A stretch of 63,181 nt of DNA, counting the filler, from Bdellovibrionota bacterium (GTDB lineage Bacteria > Bdellovibrionota > Bdellovibrionia > Bdellovibrionales > JAEYZS01): the NCBI GenBank assembly GCA_963169515.1. It is 5 parts of 5 records of this genome, joined end to end, with 100 filler letters (N's around TTAATTAATTAA, not from the genome) between each part and the next. Parts side by side here need not be neighbours in the genome. Positions count along the whole stretch, not along the records: positions 1 to 31,135 come from CAUJEF010000019.1; 4 more parts are not named here. One strand, written 5' to 3'. Below, piece by piece: positions 18,297 through 29,473 of this stretch. The position numbers were made by a program, and so were the translations under genes. Every line of letters begins with the position of its first letter. Position 1 is the stretch's first letter. The notes below the pieces were generated by a model that saw only the letters and a program-made list of their open reading frames with translations, had not been told where the DNA came from and searched no databases.

Positions 18297-19119
18297 AAAG
18301 CTTCACTCCAGAAACCATCCGATCCTTTCCAGAAAGATCTTTTGTAATTTTAATATTATTAAATCCTGCGGTCTCTAGAATTTTATAAGTACGTTCTGAT
18401 TGAGTGTGTCCGATTTCTGTCGCCCAAAACCCACCCTTTTCCAAAAGGTCCCACGCCTTTAATGACCATGCTCTAATTTTTTCATAGCCGTTTTCCTCTG
18501 CAAACAAGGCCTCGCCCGGCTCGAATCTTTTCACACTTGGATCAATGTCTAGATCGTGGTGAGCGATATATGGCGGGTTTGCGACAATGCAATTAAATTT
18601 TTGTTCCACAGATAAATTTTCAACAGACGCCAGCTTTGTCTTCGTGCGATTTGCAATCCCCAACTGCCTTGCATTATCCTCTGTTATTCTAATCGCATCT
18701 TTAGAAATATCCACGGCCGTAAGAAAAACATTTTTAAGTTCGGCCGCAATACTTAAGCCTAAGCACCCCGAACCACAACCCATATCTAAAACCTGCACAG
18801 ACCCTTGGTTTCCCCTTAAATGCTCAATTGCACCCTCAACAAGAAGCTCTGTTTCCGGCCGCGGAATTAAAACTCCCGGCGCGACTTTAAATGTGTGTTT
18901 ATAAAAATCTTTTTCTCCCAGTATGTATGCTGTAGGAAAGCCCTCTGCGCGCTTTGCAACCTGTTCTTTTATTTTTTTTAAAATTTTGTCGGAAATAATT
19001 TCGTCCCCGTGTGTTAACATTTGCGGGCGATCAATGGACAAAATATTACAAATAATTAGCTCTGCATCCAAACGAGGAATTTTTTTTAAACTAAATTTTA
19101 ACGCGTCAGCGAGCCTCAT
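18289..19119 (-). CDS. prmC: Release factor glutamine methyltransferase
   Basis: VLIPRPETE, DMGCGSG, NPPY; downstream of prfA. Confidence 0.97.
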   Translation of the reverse strand: MRLADALKFSLKKIPRLDAELIICNILSIDRPQMLTHGDEIISDKILKKIKEQVAKRAEGFPTAYILGEKDFYKHTFKVAPGVLIPRPETELLVEGAIEHLRGNQGSVQVLDMGCGSGCLGLSIAAELKNVFLTAVDISKDAIRITEDNARQLGIANRTKTKLASVENLSVEQKFNCIVANPPYIAHHDLDIDPSVKRFEPGEALFAEENGYEKIRAWSLKAWDLLEKGGFWATEIGHTQSERTYKILETAGFNNIKITKDLSGKDRMVSGVKLYG

Positions 19120-20188
19120 ATGTCTTTTGTTCCTTCATCATTTCGGCTTGGAAATGGGTAATCACGGGCTCGATAACAATTTCAAGTGCGCCACTCATAA
19201 TATTATCCAGTTGGTGGCTCGTAAACCCGATCCGATGGTCCGTACATCTTGATTGCGGAAAGTTATAGGTCCGAATACGCTCAGAGCGATCGCCCGTTCC
19301 TATTTGCGCAAGTCGCGCTTCCGACGCCGCCTTTTGTGCTTTTGCCTGTTCCATATCCAATATGCGAGACGCTAAAATTTTTAAGGCCTTATGTTTATTT
19401 TTAAGCTGCGACTTTTCGTCTTGGCAAGTAACCACAAGCCCCGTCGGAAGATGGGTCATGCGAACGGCCGAATCGGTCGTGTTCACACTTTGTCCGCCTG
19501 AACCGCTTGACCTATAGACGTCAATTTTCAAATCATTGGGGTTAATTTTGATGTCTACCTCGTCGGCCTCTGGCAATACCGCAACGGTTACTGTTGACGT
19601 GTGAACGCGACCTTGTGTTTCCGTGTCAGGAACGCGCTGAACACGATGCACGCCGCTTTCGTACTTTAATTTACTGTAGACTTTTTCACCCGAAATCAGG
19701 GCGATGGCTTCTTTATAACCACCAACATTTCCTGGCGCTGCCGACATCAATTCCACCCGCCACTTATGATTTTGGGCAAAATAAGTATACGCACGTAAAA
19801 GCTCTTCTGCGAACAGACTTGCCTCGTCCCCCCCGGCGCCCGCTCGAATTTCTAAAATGATATTTTTTTCGTCATTCGGATCTTTGGGCAAAAGAAGCAT
19901 TTTCAGCCGTTCTTCTAATGCCTTTTTTTCCTTTTCAAGGTCTGGCAACTCACTTTTCGCTAAATCGCGAAGCTCTTCGTCAGATTCGTTGTGTATCAAA
20001 TACTTGATTTCTTCGAGGTGTTTTTGATTGCGCTTGTAAGATTGGTAGACCGTAACGATCGATTCAAGATCCGATCGTTCTTTCATCAGTGCCATATATT
20101 TTTGGGTATTCGCCGTTACATTCGGATCCTGGAGCTGCCGATCGACATCTTCAAATCTGCGCTCTACATCATCTAATTTCTTAAACAT
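19106..20188 (-). CDS. prfA: Peptide chain release factor 1
   Basis: Start ATG 20188; PDT (PxT) recognition loop and GGQ motif. Confidence 0.99.
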   Translation of the reverse strand: MFKKLDDVERRFEDVDRQLQDPNVTANTQKYMALMKERSDLESIVTVYQSYKRNQKHLEEIKYLIHNESDEELRDLAKSELPDLEKEKKALEERLKMLLLPKDPNDEKNIILEIRAGAGGDEASLFAEELLRAYTYFAQNHKWRVELMSAAPGNVGGYKEAIALISGEKVYSKLKYESGVHRVQRVPDTETQGRVHTSTVTVAVLPEADEVDIKINPNDLKIDVYRSSGSGGQSVNTTDSAVRMTHLPTGLVVTCQDEKSQLKNKHKALKILASRILDMEQAKAQKAASEARLAQIGTGDRSERIRTYNFPQSRCTDHRIGFTSHQLDNIMSGALEIVIEPVITHFQAEMMKEQKTYEAR

Positions 20189-20256
20189 GACAAATAAGCT
20201 CCATTTGCACCAATTCCCATTTGTCGTAAGCAAATCGGGTTAAGCAAATCGAGTTG

Positions 20257-20487
20257 CTACTTGCTTTTTATTGTCGCTTTTTTGGCAGAAAAGTTCGCGT
20301 AACGCTTATTGAATTTATCTACACGACCTTCGGTATCTAAAAGTTTTTGTTTCCCCGTATAAAAAGGGTGGCAGTTGCTGCAAATATCAACGCGCAGTTC
20401 TTTTTGTGTTGAGCCCACGGTAAAGGTATTTCCGCATACGCATGTCGCAGTTGCTTGGCTATAAGCAGGATGAAGCCCTTCTTTCAT
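20257..20487 (-). CDS. rpmE: 50S ribosomal protein L31, Zn-binding type
   Basis: [27 protein letters not shown]. Confidence 0.98.
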   Translation of the reverse strand: MKEGLHPAYSQATATCVCGNTFTVGSTQKELRVDICSNCHPFYTGKQKLLDTEGRVDKFNKRYANFSAKKATIKSK

Positions 20488-20654
20488 GTTTTACCTTTCC
20501 TTTTGAAAACATTGGTTTTTATCAATTTTTACATCCCTTGTCGAGAATGAATTTTTCCACAGAGTTATCCACTGGCGCAATTTGCGCGCAGCACAATTCG
20601 GCCAAGACTAGCGGATAGTTTTTTATCAACAAAAACAATAGTAATTTCAGATAT

Positions 20655-22238
<1,584 letters not shown>

Positions 22239-22405
22239 CTAGAACTCCTGTTAAAATGTTGTGGTTTTTTAGATTTACCCTATATAGATTAATAATCAGT
22301 TTTGATTGTTTTTGAAGGTATATTTTTGTATCGGTATAGCCCACAATTATCTAAAATCTGAGTTTTGTCAATGAATCATTCTGTTACAATCGGCCTAAAA
22401 TTCTC

Positions 22406-22420
22406 GTCTCAAACTAAGAC
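22406..22420. promoter_or_regulatory. Palindromic box GTCTCA-N3-TAAGAC (recurring motif)
   Basis: Near-perfect GTCTCA-N3-TGAGAC; related copies at 11755, 35837, 40481 and a half-site at 12169. Confidence 0.5.
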
Positions 22421-22459
22421 AAAATTTCTTTCATAACTACTTATTTTCCCTGAGAGAAC

Positions 22460-22487
22460 TCAATTCTCGATACCCGCTTGCCGATAT
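22460..22487 (+). promoter_or_regulatory. sigma28-like promoter of the PilZ gene
   Basis: TCAA-N16-GCCGATAT, 26 nt before ATG 22514 with a GGGGG SD. Confidence 0.65.
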
Positions 22488-22513
22488 ATTATATAGAGAA
22501 CGGGGGCAATATC

Positions 22514-22882
22514 ATGAATCAGCAGGAAGCCATGCCGGCACCACGGGTGCCACTAAATCTGCAAATTGAATTCAAGAAAAACTATGCTCGCCAATCTGAG
22601 AGCGGAAACCTGTTTAACATCAGTTTAACAGGCGCTTTTTTAAAGGCAGACGCCGCTCTTTTGTTACCAAAAGACAAAATCACTTTATACTTCGAGGTCA
22701 GCGGCCGTAAACGAAAAATTCAAGCTCGAATTGTTTGGAAAAACGGTGCTGGGGCTGGAATTTGCTTCCAGCCATTCAACAGCAGAGATGTCCAGATTGT
22801 AGATGATTTGATTTATTTTATCGAATCTTCGCGCGAAAACAGGCGCGCCGTTCTAAATACAATATTCAAAAAAGTTTCGTAA
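22514..22882 (+). CDS. PilZ-domain protein
   Basis: APRVPL and NISLTGAF (D/NxSxxG), ARIVW...GAGICF; the first Arg of RxxxR appears absent. Confidence 0.88.
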   Translation: MNQQEAMPAPRVPLNLQIEFKKNYARQSESGNLFNISLTGAFLKADAALLLPKDKITLYFEVSGRKRKIQARIVWKNGAGAGICFQPFNSRDVQIVDDLIYFIESSRENRRAVLNTIFKKVS

Positions 22883-22904
22883 TTTGTTTCACATCATAGG
22901 CAAT

Positions 22905-22932
22905 AAAAAAGGGCCCTCTGGGCCCCTTTTTT
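22905..22932. terminator. Bidirectional Rho-independent terminator
   Basis: A6-GGGCCC-TCT-GGGCCC-T7 between convergent genes. Confidence 0.92.
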
Positions 22933-22953
22933 GTTTTTCAATCTAAATATTAT

Positions 22954-24327
22954 TTATACTTGTGTGTGAGCGTTGATACTCATTTTGCGCGCATTGCTTT
23001 TCTTGCGGGCGGCAAGGATTATAAACATACCCACGATCACGACAACCCCCGCAAGCATCATGAATTTCATGTTTTTGTCCGCGCCAGCAGAAGCGATGTC
23101 CTTGCCTGGGCGCTTTTTCAGCCCTACAGGCGGAGGTGGTGGTTCATTGCCAACGGTTCCCGGCATCCCGCCGTTCGCCATTTGGTCTGACGGTGGCGGC
23201 ATATTCGCATCGGGCATTGCCGGCGGTGGCATTTGAGCAACCACTGGCGGAGGTGGTGGTGGCGCAAGAGCCGGATCTGGCATTGCTGGCTGAGCCGGAG
23301 CGGCCTCTGCTATCGGAGCCGTCGCTCCCTCATCGCTCGTCCAGTATCGAAGCTCCGTCCCCTCGGGGATCACGTCTTTTGATTCAACACCAAAGTTTGA
23401 TGCCCAAACCTCTTTCCAAGAATTTTCATCCCCCAAAAGCTGTTTTGAAACAACGCGAATGTTATCCCCAGCCTTTGCTACGTATGTTTGTGCGGCAACA
23501 CCTTTGTCTTCAAAGTAAGTTAGCATTTTTTCTGAATCTGTTGGGCGAGACGGTGAGTTGTAATAGACTTTGTCTCCTACTTTAACTCCTCCGGCAAGGT
23601 TGGGATTAACCTTTGCAAGCTCCCCAGAGCGATCCTCTCCATAAATTTTTTGACTGATCGTTGCAAGGTCTTCGCCTGGCCGAGCCAAATAAACAGTGTT
23701 TGCCAAAATGCCGTTTTTTGTAAAAGGAATGTCTTTGATTTTTTTGACAGGAATCCAGGTTCTCTCCATCGCGGTTCCCGTATCCGCAACAACCGCGTCT
23801 TCTACGGGGGCTTCTTCCGTCATAGCGGCCACGTCTGTTTCAGGAGCTGGCGGCTCTTCTGCTGCCGGGGCCTCTGGGGCTGCCGCTGGCGGCTCTGCTG
23901 CCGCGACGTCCGTCGTCTCATCAGCGCCCTCTCCGAAATCCGCGTCTTCTAGGTCGTCAAGTTCGTCTGTTTCTTCTTTGTTTTGTGCAACAGCGGCCGC
24001 TTCATCTGTAGCCACTTCGTCGCCCTCACCAAGATCGGCTGTAACCTCTTCTGTGGCGGGCTTTTCTTCAGCCGCGACTTCTTCTTCACTGTCCAGTGAG
24101 TCTTCCGCTACTTCCTCACTATCTAGTGAGTCTTCCGAAGTTTCTTCGCTTGCCACCCCTTCGTCCGTTGATTCGCTTGCTGCCGGATCAAGCTCTGTTG
24201 CTGTTTCAGAGGTCTCTTCTGCGGCGACTTCATCCGTCGCCTCGGCCCCTTCGTCGCTCGAACTGCAGCCCGTAATTACAAACAGACTTGAAACAAAAAG
24301 AATTGCTAACAATAAACGTAGTTTCAT
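22954..24327 (-). CDS. Lipoprotein with acidic linker, two LysM-like domains, Pro-rich linker and C-terminal TM helix
   Basis: Start ATG 24327; lipobox ITG|C; YLARPGEDLATIS...N and YVAKAGDNIRVVS...N LysM-like units; MMLAGVVVIVGMFIILA-ARKK anchor. Confidence 0.85.
   Translation of the reverse strand: MKLRLLLAILFVSSLFVITGCSSSDEGAEATDEVAAEETSETATELDPAASESTDEGVASEETSEDSLDSEEVAEDSLDSEEEVAAEEKPATEEVTADLGEGDEVATDEAAAVAQNKEETDELDDLEDADFGEGADETTDVAAAEPPAAAPEAPAAEEPPAPETDVAAMTEEAPVEDAVVADTGTAMERTWIPVKKIKDIPFTKNGILANTVYLARPGEDLATISQKIYGEDRSGELAKVNPNLAGGVKVGDKVYYNSPSRPTDSEKMLTYFEDKGVAAQTYVAKAGDNIRVVSKQLLGDENSWKEVWASNFGVESKDVIPEGTELRYWTSDEGATAPIAEAAPAQPAMPDPALAPPPPPPVVAQMPPPAMPDANMPPPSDQMANGGMPGTVGNEPPPPPVGLKKRPGKDIASAGADKNMKFMMLAGVVVIVGMFIILAARKKSNARKMSINAHTQV
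24081..24140 (-). repeat. Two-copy 30-bp tandem repeat encoding EDSLDSEE
   Basis: cttcttcactgtccagtgagtcttccgcta / cttcctcactatctagtgagtcttccgaag. Confidence 0.85.
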
Positions 24328-24468
24328 ATGCGTTACACCCTCTTTGAAAGTTTCAATCAAACCTTCATCGTCATTAATTAATTAGAACATAATTGGAAAA
24401 TGGAGGAAAGGGAGATTTTTGCAAGTCGCCGAAGACTGACCTACGTCTTGACATACACACCAAACGTC

Positions 24469-24906
24469 TTATTTGGGCGGGAACTCCAGGCCGTCCCCTA
24501 TTTTTATTTTTTTTTCGCTGAACCAGCCTTGAGGCACTTCAAGAGCGTATTGGGCTCCTAAGTCGCTGTTGTAAATCCTCAAATCGAAATCAGATACTCC
24601 TGGCTGTGGGTCCATATCCAGAATTCGAATAAGCTTTTTTGTTTTGTCGAAATATCCTATGCTTAATGGAATCAACGTATTTTTCATCCAAAAGCCCCGG
24701 GGACTTTCGTCTGGGAATATAAAAAGCATGCCGTGCCCAGGCTCTAACTTCTTTCTAAACATCAGGCCTTGAGAGCGTCGCGGCTCCGTGTCGGCAATCT
24801 CCACGGCCAGTGTCGTTTTGCCTACCTTAATCTTTTTCTTCAAAAAATTTTCTTCTGCATAAGCATACAGGCTCGCCATTAATATAAACGCGGCAATAAA
24901 TTTCAC
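24469..24906 (-). CDS. DUF192 family exported protein
   Basis: VEIADT..RSQGLMFR, GMLFIF, FWMKNTLIPLSI, YALEV. Confidence 0.93.
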   Translation of the reverse strand: MKFIAAFILMASLYAYAEENFLKKKIKVGKTTLAVEIADTEPRRSQGLMFRKKLEPGHGMLFIFPDESPRGFWMKNTLIPLSIGYFDKTKKLIRILDMDPQPGVSDFDLRIYNSDLGAQYALEVPQGWFSEKKIKIGDGLEFPPK

Positions 24907-25799
24907 TTTGTTCCCCCCTGGGCTAAGGCTAATCCATATCGAACCCCCCGGGTCGAAACACGAACGGACCTAAAGCCAAACTTTTCAGTGACCATTCTAA
25001 GAATTATTGTCCCCGAGAGAATAACGTCCGCACGCTTTGGCTCCATGCCAAGAATTCGCTTTCGCTCCTCAAGCGAGGTGCTTGCAAATTGCTTTTCCAT
25101 CTCCCGAAGGTCCTTTACTGTCAGCTCGCTGTCTTCCGCCCACGAGGGGTCAAATGGTTTACCTCGCTTTACGCAAGCTAAGGTCGTGGGAGTTCCCGCA
25201 ACGGCAACAACTTCTTTTACTTTTGGCGTCTCTATGCGCGCTAATTCCTCTTGAACAATTTCGTAAAATTTTTTAAGTTGCTCGGCAGAGTTTTTTTCTA
25301 CATCCAAATATTTTTCTGTGTGCCGCACGCATCCTAAATTTAAGCTTGTAACTCGTATTTGCTTTTTCTCATAATATGCAAACTCTGTCGACCCCCCGCC
25401 GATATCAACAACTACAATTTCTTTGTTTTTATTCTTCCCAGAAAGGACGCCGTTAAAAGTATACTCGGCCTCTTTTTCTCCCTCAATAATATCAATTGGA
25501 ATCGAAAGATTCTGACCAATTTTTAATAATTCCGCACCATTTGAAGCGTCTCGAGCCGCACTCGTCGCGACCGCTGCGATTTTTTCTACGCTCGCTTGTT
25601 CAATTTGTTTTTTAAAGTTCTTTAAACATGCCTCTGCACGCTCAAGCGCGCCTTTAGAAAAGGCCCCGGTCCTTTGCACGTTTTCGCCAAGGCGAACGAT
25701 TTCTATGTGGTCTTCGACTGGAATCACTTCTTCGCCGCAAACTTCTGCGATTAGACACAAGAAAGAATTTGTTCCCAGGTCCATGGCGGCGACTTTCAT
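24903..25799 (-). CDS. ppx: Ppx/GppA exopolyphosphatase, short form
   Basis: DLGTNS, ATSAARDASN, DIGGGSTE, AGTPTT, RADVI, GVRYG. Confidence 0.93.
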   Translation of the reverse strand: MKVAAMDLGTNSFLCLIAEVCGEEVIPVEDHIEIVRLGENVQRTGAFSKGALERAEACLKNFKKQIEQASVEKIAAVATSAARDASNGAELLKIGQNLSIPIDIIEGEKEAEYTFNGVLSGKNKNKEIVVVDIGGGSTEFAYYEKKQIRVTSLNLGCVRHTEKYLDVEKNSAEQLKKFYEIVQEELARIETPKVKEVVAVAGTPTTLACVKRGKPFDPSWAEDSELTVKDLREMEKQFASTSLEERKRILGMEPKRADVILSGTIILRMVTEKFGFRSVRVSTRGVRYGLALAQGGTK

Positions 25800-28037
25800 T
25801 TAAAACTTCAAGCCTTTAAATAATTTTTTAATGCCGTCATTTTTCAATTTATCTACCTCTTTTTTAAGAAACTTTTGCCCTTCTTGCTGCGCAAAAGCCA
25901 TTGCCACTGGCTTCAGCGTTGCGTCCCAGTCCACTTTCGGATCATTCACTCGGCCCTTAATTTCGTAGGGAATCTTCCCCCGCCCATCACTGGTCGCCAT
26001 TTTCTTTGGAACCTGTCCCATTGGAGCCACGACTTCGCCCCTCATGTTCATGTCTTTAGTAAAGGCAATAAACCCATTTAGCGTCACCATTGTGTTGGCG
26101 CTTTCCATCTCCATAATTCCATTTTGAATATTGAATCGTCCGCCACCGATCGTAAAATCCGACTTCAAAACTTTAAATTTGTCCGTTATTTTAATTCCCG
26201 AAACAGCCTGTGCTACCTTTGGAATGGACTTTAGTTTTTCGCCAATCATTTTAAGAACGCCAAGCCCCGACCAACTCCCGTTTTGAACATTCATGCTTCC
26301 TCGGCCGGCAAGGTGTTTATTTAGATCTTCGAGGGTCACGCCTACCCCATGCACCTCGAAGTTTGCGTTCGCCATTCCAGTCAATGTTTTATCAAGTTCT
26401 TTGAACTGGCTAACCATCGCCTTGTTTGTATCAAGTTTTTGAACCTTGGCCTTAAACGAATACACGGGCTTTTTTTGAGAGAAATCAATGCGAAGATCTG
26501 TCGTGCCACTACCGCCAAATGCTCCGAACAAAGCATTTTCCATTGTAAGCACAAGCCCATTAAATCTCACTGGCGCCTTAACGCCAGCAATCTCTGCGCC
26601 TTTTATGATGAGGGAATCAATTGTTGTCTGCGCACGAAGATTCATGTTCCGTAAAATTGGATTCTTTTGGATTAGGGTTATTGGCCCCTCTAATTGAGCC
26701 AATGACTTTTCAAGAGCCCTCGGGTCTTCTGACGGCACCCCTTCTGCCGCTTTTTGCTTTGATGGTTGCGGCAGCATTTCATCCAAATCAAGCTTCTTCG
26801 AAAAGTAAGTTAAACTTATCGCTGGGGCCGAAAAATTTTTTACAGTTCCGCTCAAACTCAAGTCGCTTGACCCAATTTTTATTGCTGCCTTTTGAATCGA
26901 AAGCTCGTCCGTTTTAACATTTAGGCTTGCTGTAACCTCCGTTGCCCGCGGAACCAATCCCGGAATCTTCATTGATGAATCTTTTAAGTCAAAGCTGCCA
27001 GAATATTCTATTTCCCCTGGCGCCCCTAAAATAGCCAGGTCAAATGTTGCGTTGCCCTCGATATCAAGCTCTTTGAGTGGCTTAATGATTTTTTTCCATT
27101 CCTGTAGCTTAAGCTGGTTCGAAGAGATTTTGACGTCCACGTTGGGGTGGTCGAAGTTTGTTACGGTTCCTGCCGCCTTAATTTTAAATGTGTTTGCCAA
27201 TAACTCAACACTTTGCAATCGCAGAGAGTCTGAACTTGCAACAACATCTGCATCAACTGACAGCGGTATTCCTTTCCCTTTATTTAAAAGCCCCAAGTAC
27301 TCAATTTCAAGATCAGTTAAATCAAGCCTCGATTTAAATGACAGCCCGTCAAGTTTTTGTCCGCTCGCTTCAATTTCTGTTTTCCCATCAAAGCTCAATT
27401 TTCCTTTCAGTCTTATGTCCTTTTTATTATCTACGGATAGGTTTGCAGAAATGGTTGTTTCAAATGGCTTGCCCAAGCCTATGTTGTGTGAAACAAAGTT
27501 AAGCTCATTTATCTTATACTCTGCTCCCGATTTTTTGTCTTTAAACTCTATGCTTGCGTCTGTAATATCTGTTGAAAAGGCAACGCGCCCCAGGCCAAAC
27601 GAGGATTCCGCTCCCGCCGCCGTCGCCGCTCCCTGCTTTGCGGATTCGTCGCTTGTTTTTAGAAGCTTTGATACGTTTAATTTACCCTCCTTATCCTTAT
27701 TCAATCGAATTATCGGGCGGTGGGCGTTCAAAGTAACGGAAAGTTTCCCCGTCAAAAGCGACAGTATCGGGATTTTTAGCTTGGCGTCTTTCATTTCAAA
27801 AAAGACGTTGTCATCTTCGTTTTCAATAATTCTTAAAGACTCAACGCCAACATTAATTCCAAACAGCGCGCTCAGAGAAAGCTTTCCTATCTCTACCTTT
27901 GCGTTGAGAGACTTCTCTATCGCCTTCTGAATTTCAGGCTTAAGTTTTGTGTTCACATCATAAAATATCGGCACGCACGCAAGCCCCACGATGACAATGA
28001 CGACAAAAAATCCAAATATTTTCAACCCAGCTTTCAT
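25800..28037 (-). CDS. AsmA-family bridge-like lipid transfer protein
   Basis: N-terminal TM anchor, long beta-rich body with LDLDEMLP, AsmA-type C-terminus IPYEIKG..DP. Confidence 0.85.
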   Translation of the reverse strand: MKAGLKIFGFFVVIVIVGLACVPIFYDVNTKLKPEIQKAIEKSLNAKVEIGKLSLSALFGINVGVESLRIIENEDDNVFFEMKDAKLKIPILSLLTGKLSVTLNAHRPIIRLNKDKEGKLNVSKLLKTSDESAKQGAATAAGAESSFGLGRVAFSTDITDASIEFKDKKSGAEYKINELNFVSHNIGLGKPFETTISANLSVDNKKDIRLKGKLSFDGKTEIEASGQKLDGLSFKSRLDLTDLEIEYLGLLNKGKGIPLSVDADVVASSDSLRLQSVELLANTFKIKAAGTVTNFDHPNVDVKISSNQLKLQEWKKIIKPLKELDIEGNATFDLAILGAPGEIEYSGSFDLKDSSMKIPGLVPRATEVTASLNVKTDELSIQKAAIKIGSSDLSLSGTVKNFSAPAISLTYFSKKLDLDEMLPQPSKQKAAEGVPSEDPRALEKSLAQLEGPITLIQKNPILRNMNLRAQTTIDSLIIKGAEIAGVKAPVRFNGLVLTMENALFGAFGGSGTTDLRIDFSQKKPVYSFKAKVQKLDTNKAMVSQFKELDKTLTGMANANFEVHGVGVTLEDLNKHLAGRGSMNVQNGSWSGLGVLKMIGEKLKSIPKVAQAVSGIKITDKFKVLKSDFTIGGGRFNIQNGIMEMESANTMVTLNGFIAFTKDMNMRGEVVAPMGQVPKKMATSDGRGKIPYEIKGRVNDPKVDWDATLKPVAMAFAQQEGQKFLKKEVDKLKNDGIKKLFKGLKF

Positions 28038-29473
28038 GCTTGACCTTTCAGTTTTTTAATTAAAATTTTATTTACGGCCTCTGGATTTGCCTGTCCTCCA
28101 GAAAGTTTCATTGTCTGTCCCACAAAAAAACCAAACAGCTTGTCTCGCCCCCCGCGATAATCTTCCGTTTGTTTCGGATTTCCGGCAATGACTTGGGTCA
28201 CCCACTTTTCAATTTGAACCTCATCTGAAATTTGTACAACCCCCTTTTCTTTGACAATTGCGGATGGGCCCCGCCCGGTCCTGTACATATCTGCAAACAC
28301 GTCCTTTGCGATTTTCCCAGATATTGTTTTGTCATTTATTAGCCTGATCAACTCTGCGAGCTGCTTTGGATTGATTGGGGATTGCGAGATCTCCTTGTCT
28401 GAGTTTTTTAGTTCTCGCAATAGCTCTGTCATAATCCAATTCGACGATGCCTTCGGGTCATTAGACTCCTTCTGAACCACCTCGTAGTAATCTGCCAACC
28501 CTTTTTCGCGTGTTAAAATGTCTGCGTCGTACTCTGGTAATGCGAACTGCGTTTGAAACCGTTTTTTCCTTTCCTCTGGTAACTCCGGCAACTCATTTCG
28601 AATAGACTCAATCCAACTTCTTTTGGCCTCTAGCGGCAACAGGTCTGGGTCTGGGAAGTATCTATAATCATGGGCCTCTTCTTTGCTCCTCATAGAAAAC
28701 GTTTGGTTTTTGGTCGAATCGTACAGGCGCGTTTCTTGAACAATTTTTTTCCCCGCTTCTATGCTATCGATTTGGCGCTGAATTTCATAATCTATAGCCT
28801 TCTCGATAAAGCGAAAGGAGTTTATGTTTTTTAATTCTGTTCGTGTACCGAACTTCGCCTCTCCTTTTCTTCTTACACTGACGTTGCAATCGCATCGCAT
28901 GGATCCCTCTTCAAGATTTCCATCGCACGCGCCCAGATAAATTAAAATGGCTCGCACCGCGCGCGCATATTCCGCCGCCTCTGTGGGCGACCTCAAATCT
29001 GGCTCAGAAACGATTTCAAGCAAAGGCACAGAGCTCCGGTTCAAGTTAATGAGCGTGTATTCTCCGTAATGAAGCGATTTTCCCGCGTCCTCTTCCATGT
29101 GGGCGCGAGTGATGCCAATGCGTTTCTTTTCTTTATTTATGATAATATCGACATAGCCCTTTTCACACAATGGCTCGGAATACTGAGAAATTTGATATCC
29201 TTTTGGCAGATCTGGATAGAAATAGTTTTTTCGTGCAAAAATGGATTTCTCATTGATTCTGCAGTTGAGGGCCAGTCCCACCCTAATAGAGTGTTCAACG
29301 GCCTTTTTGTTAATAACTGGCAGCGCCCCGGGCATCCCCGTACAAACGGGGCACGTGTTTTCGTTGTCTCCAGCTCCAAACTGGGTGGAACAACGACAAA
29401 ACATTTTGCTCTTGGTTTGAAGTTGCGCGTGAATTTCAAGCCCAATAATCGACTCGTATTCCTCATATCCCAT
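28034..29473 (-). CDS. gatB: Asp/Glu-tRNA amidotransferase subunit B
   Basis: IGLEIHAQL, RKNYFYPDLPKGYQISQ, MRCDCNVS, DYRYFPDPDL. Confidence 0.99.
   Translation of the reverse strand: MGYEEYESIIGLEIHAQLQTKSKMFCRCSTQFGAGDNENTCPVCTGMPGALPVINKKAVEHSIRVGLALNCRINEKSIFARKNYFYPDLPKGYQISQYSEPLCEKGYVDIIINKEKKRIGITRAHMEEDAGKSLHYGEYTLINLNRSSVPLLEIVSEPDLRSPTEAAEYARAVRAILIYLGACDGNLEEGSMRCDCNVSVRRKGEAKFGTRTELKNINSFRFIEKAIDYEIQRQIDSIEAGKKIVQETRLYDSTKNQTFSMRSKEEAHDYRYFPDPDLLPLEAKRSWIESIRNELPELPEERKKRFQTQFALPEYDADILTREKGLADYYEVVQKESNDPKASSNWIMTELLRELKNSDKEISQSPINPKQLAELIRLINDKTISGKIAKDVFADMYRTGRGPSAIVKEKGVVQISDEVQIEKWVTQVIAGNPKQTEDYRGGRDKLFGFFVGQTMKLSGGQANPEAVNKILIKKLKGQA

Noticed and set aside
23696..24385. 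229-aa Ser/Ala-rich ORF on the plus strand
   Set aside because: Antisense shadow of the acidic linker of the LysM lipoprotein.
27052..27930. 292-aa ORF on the plus strand
   Set aside because: Antisense shadow of the AsmA-family gene; no motif or RBS.
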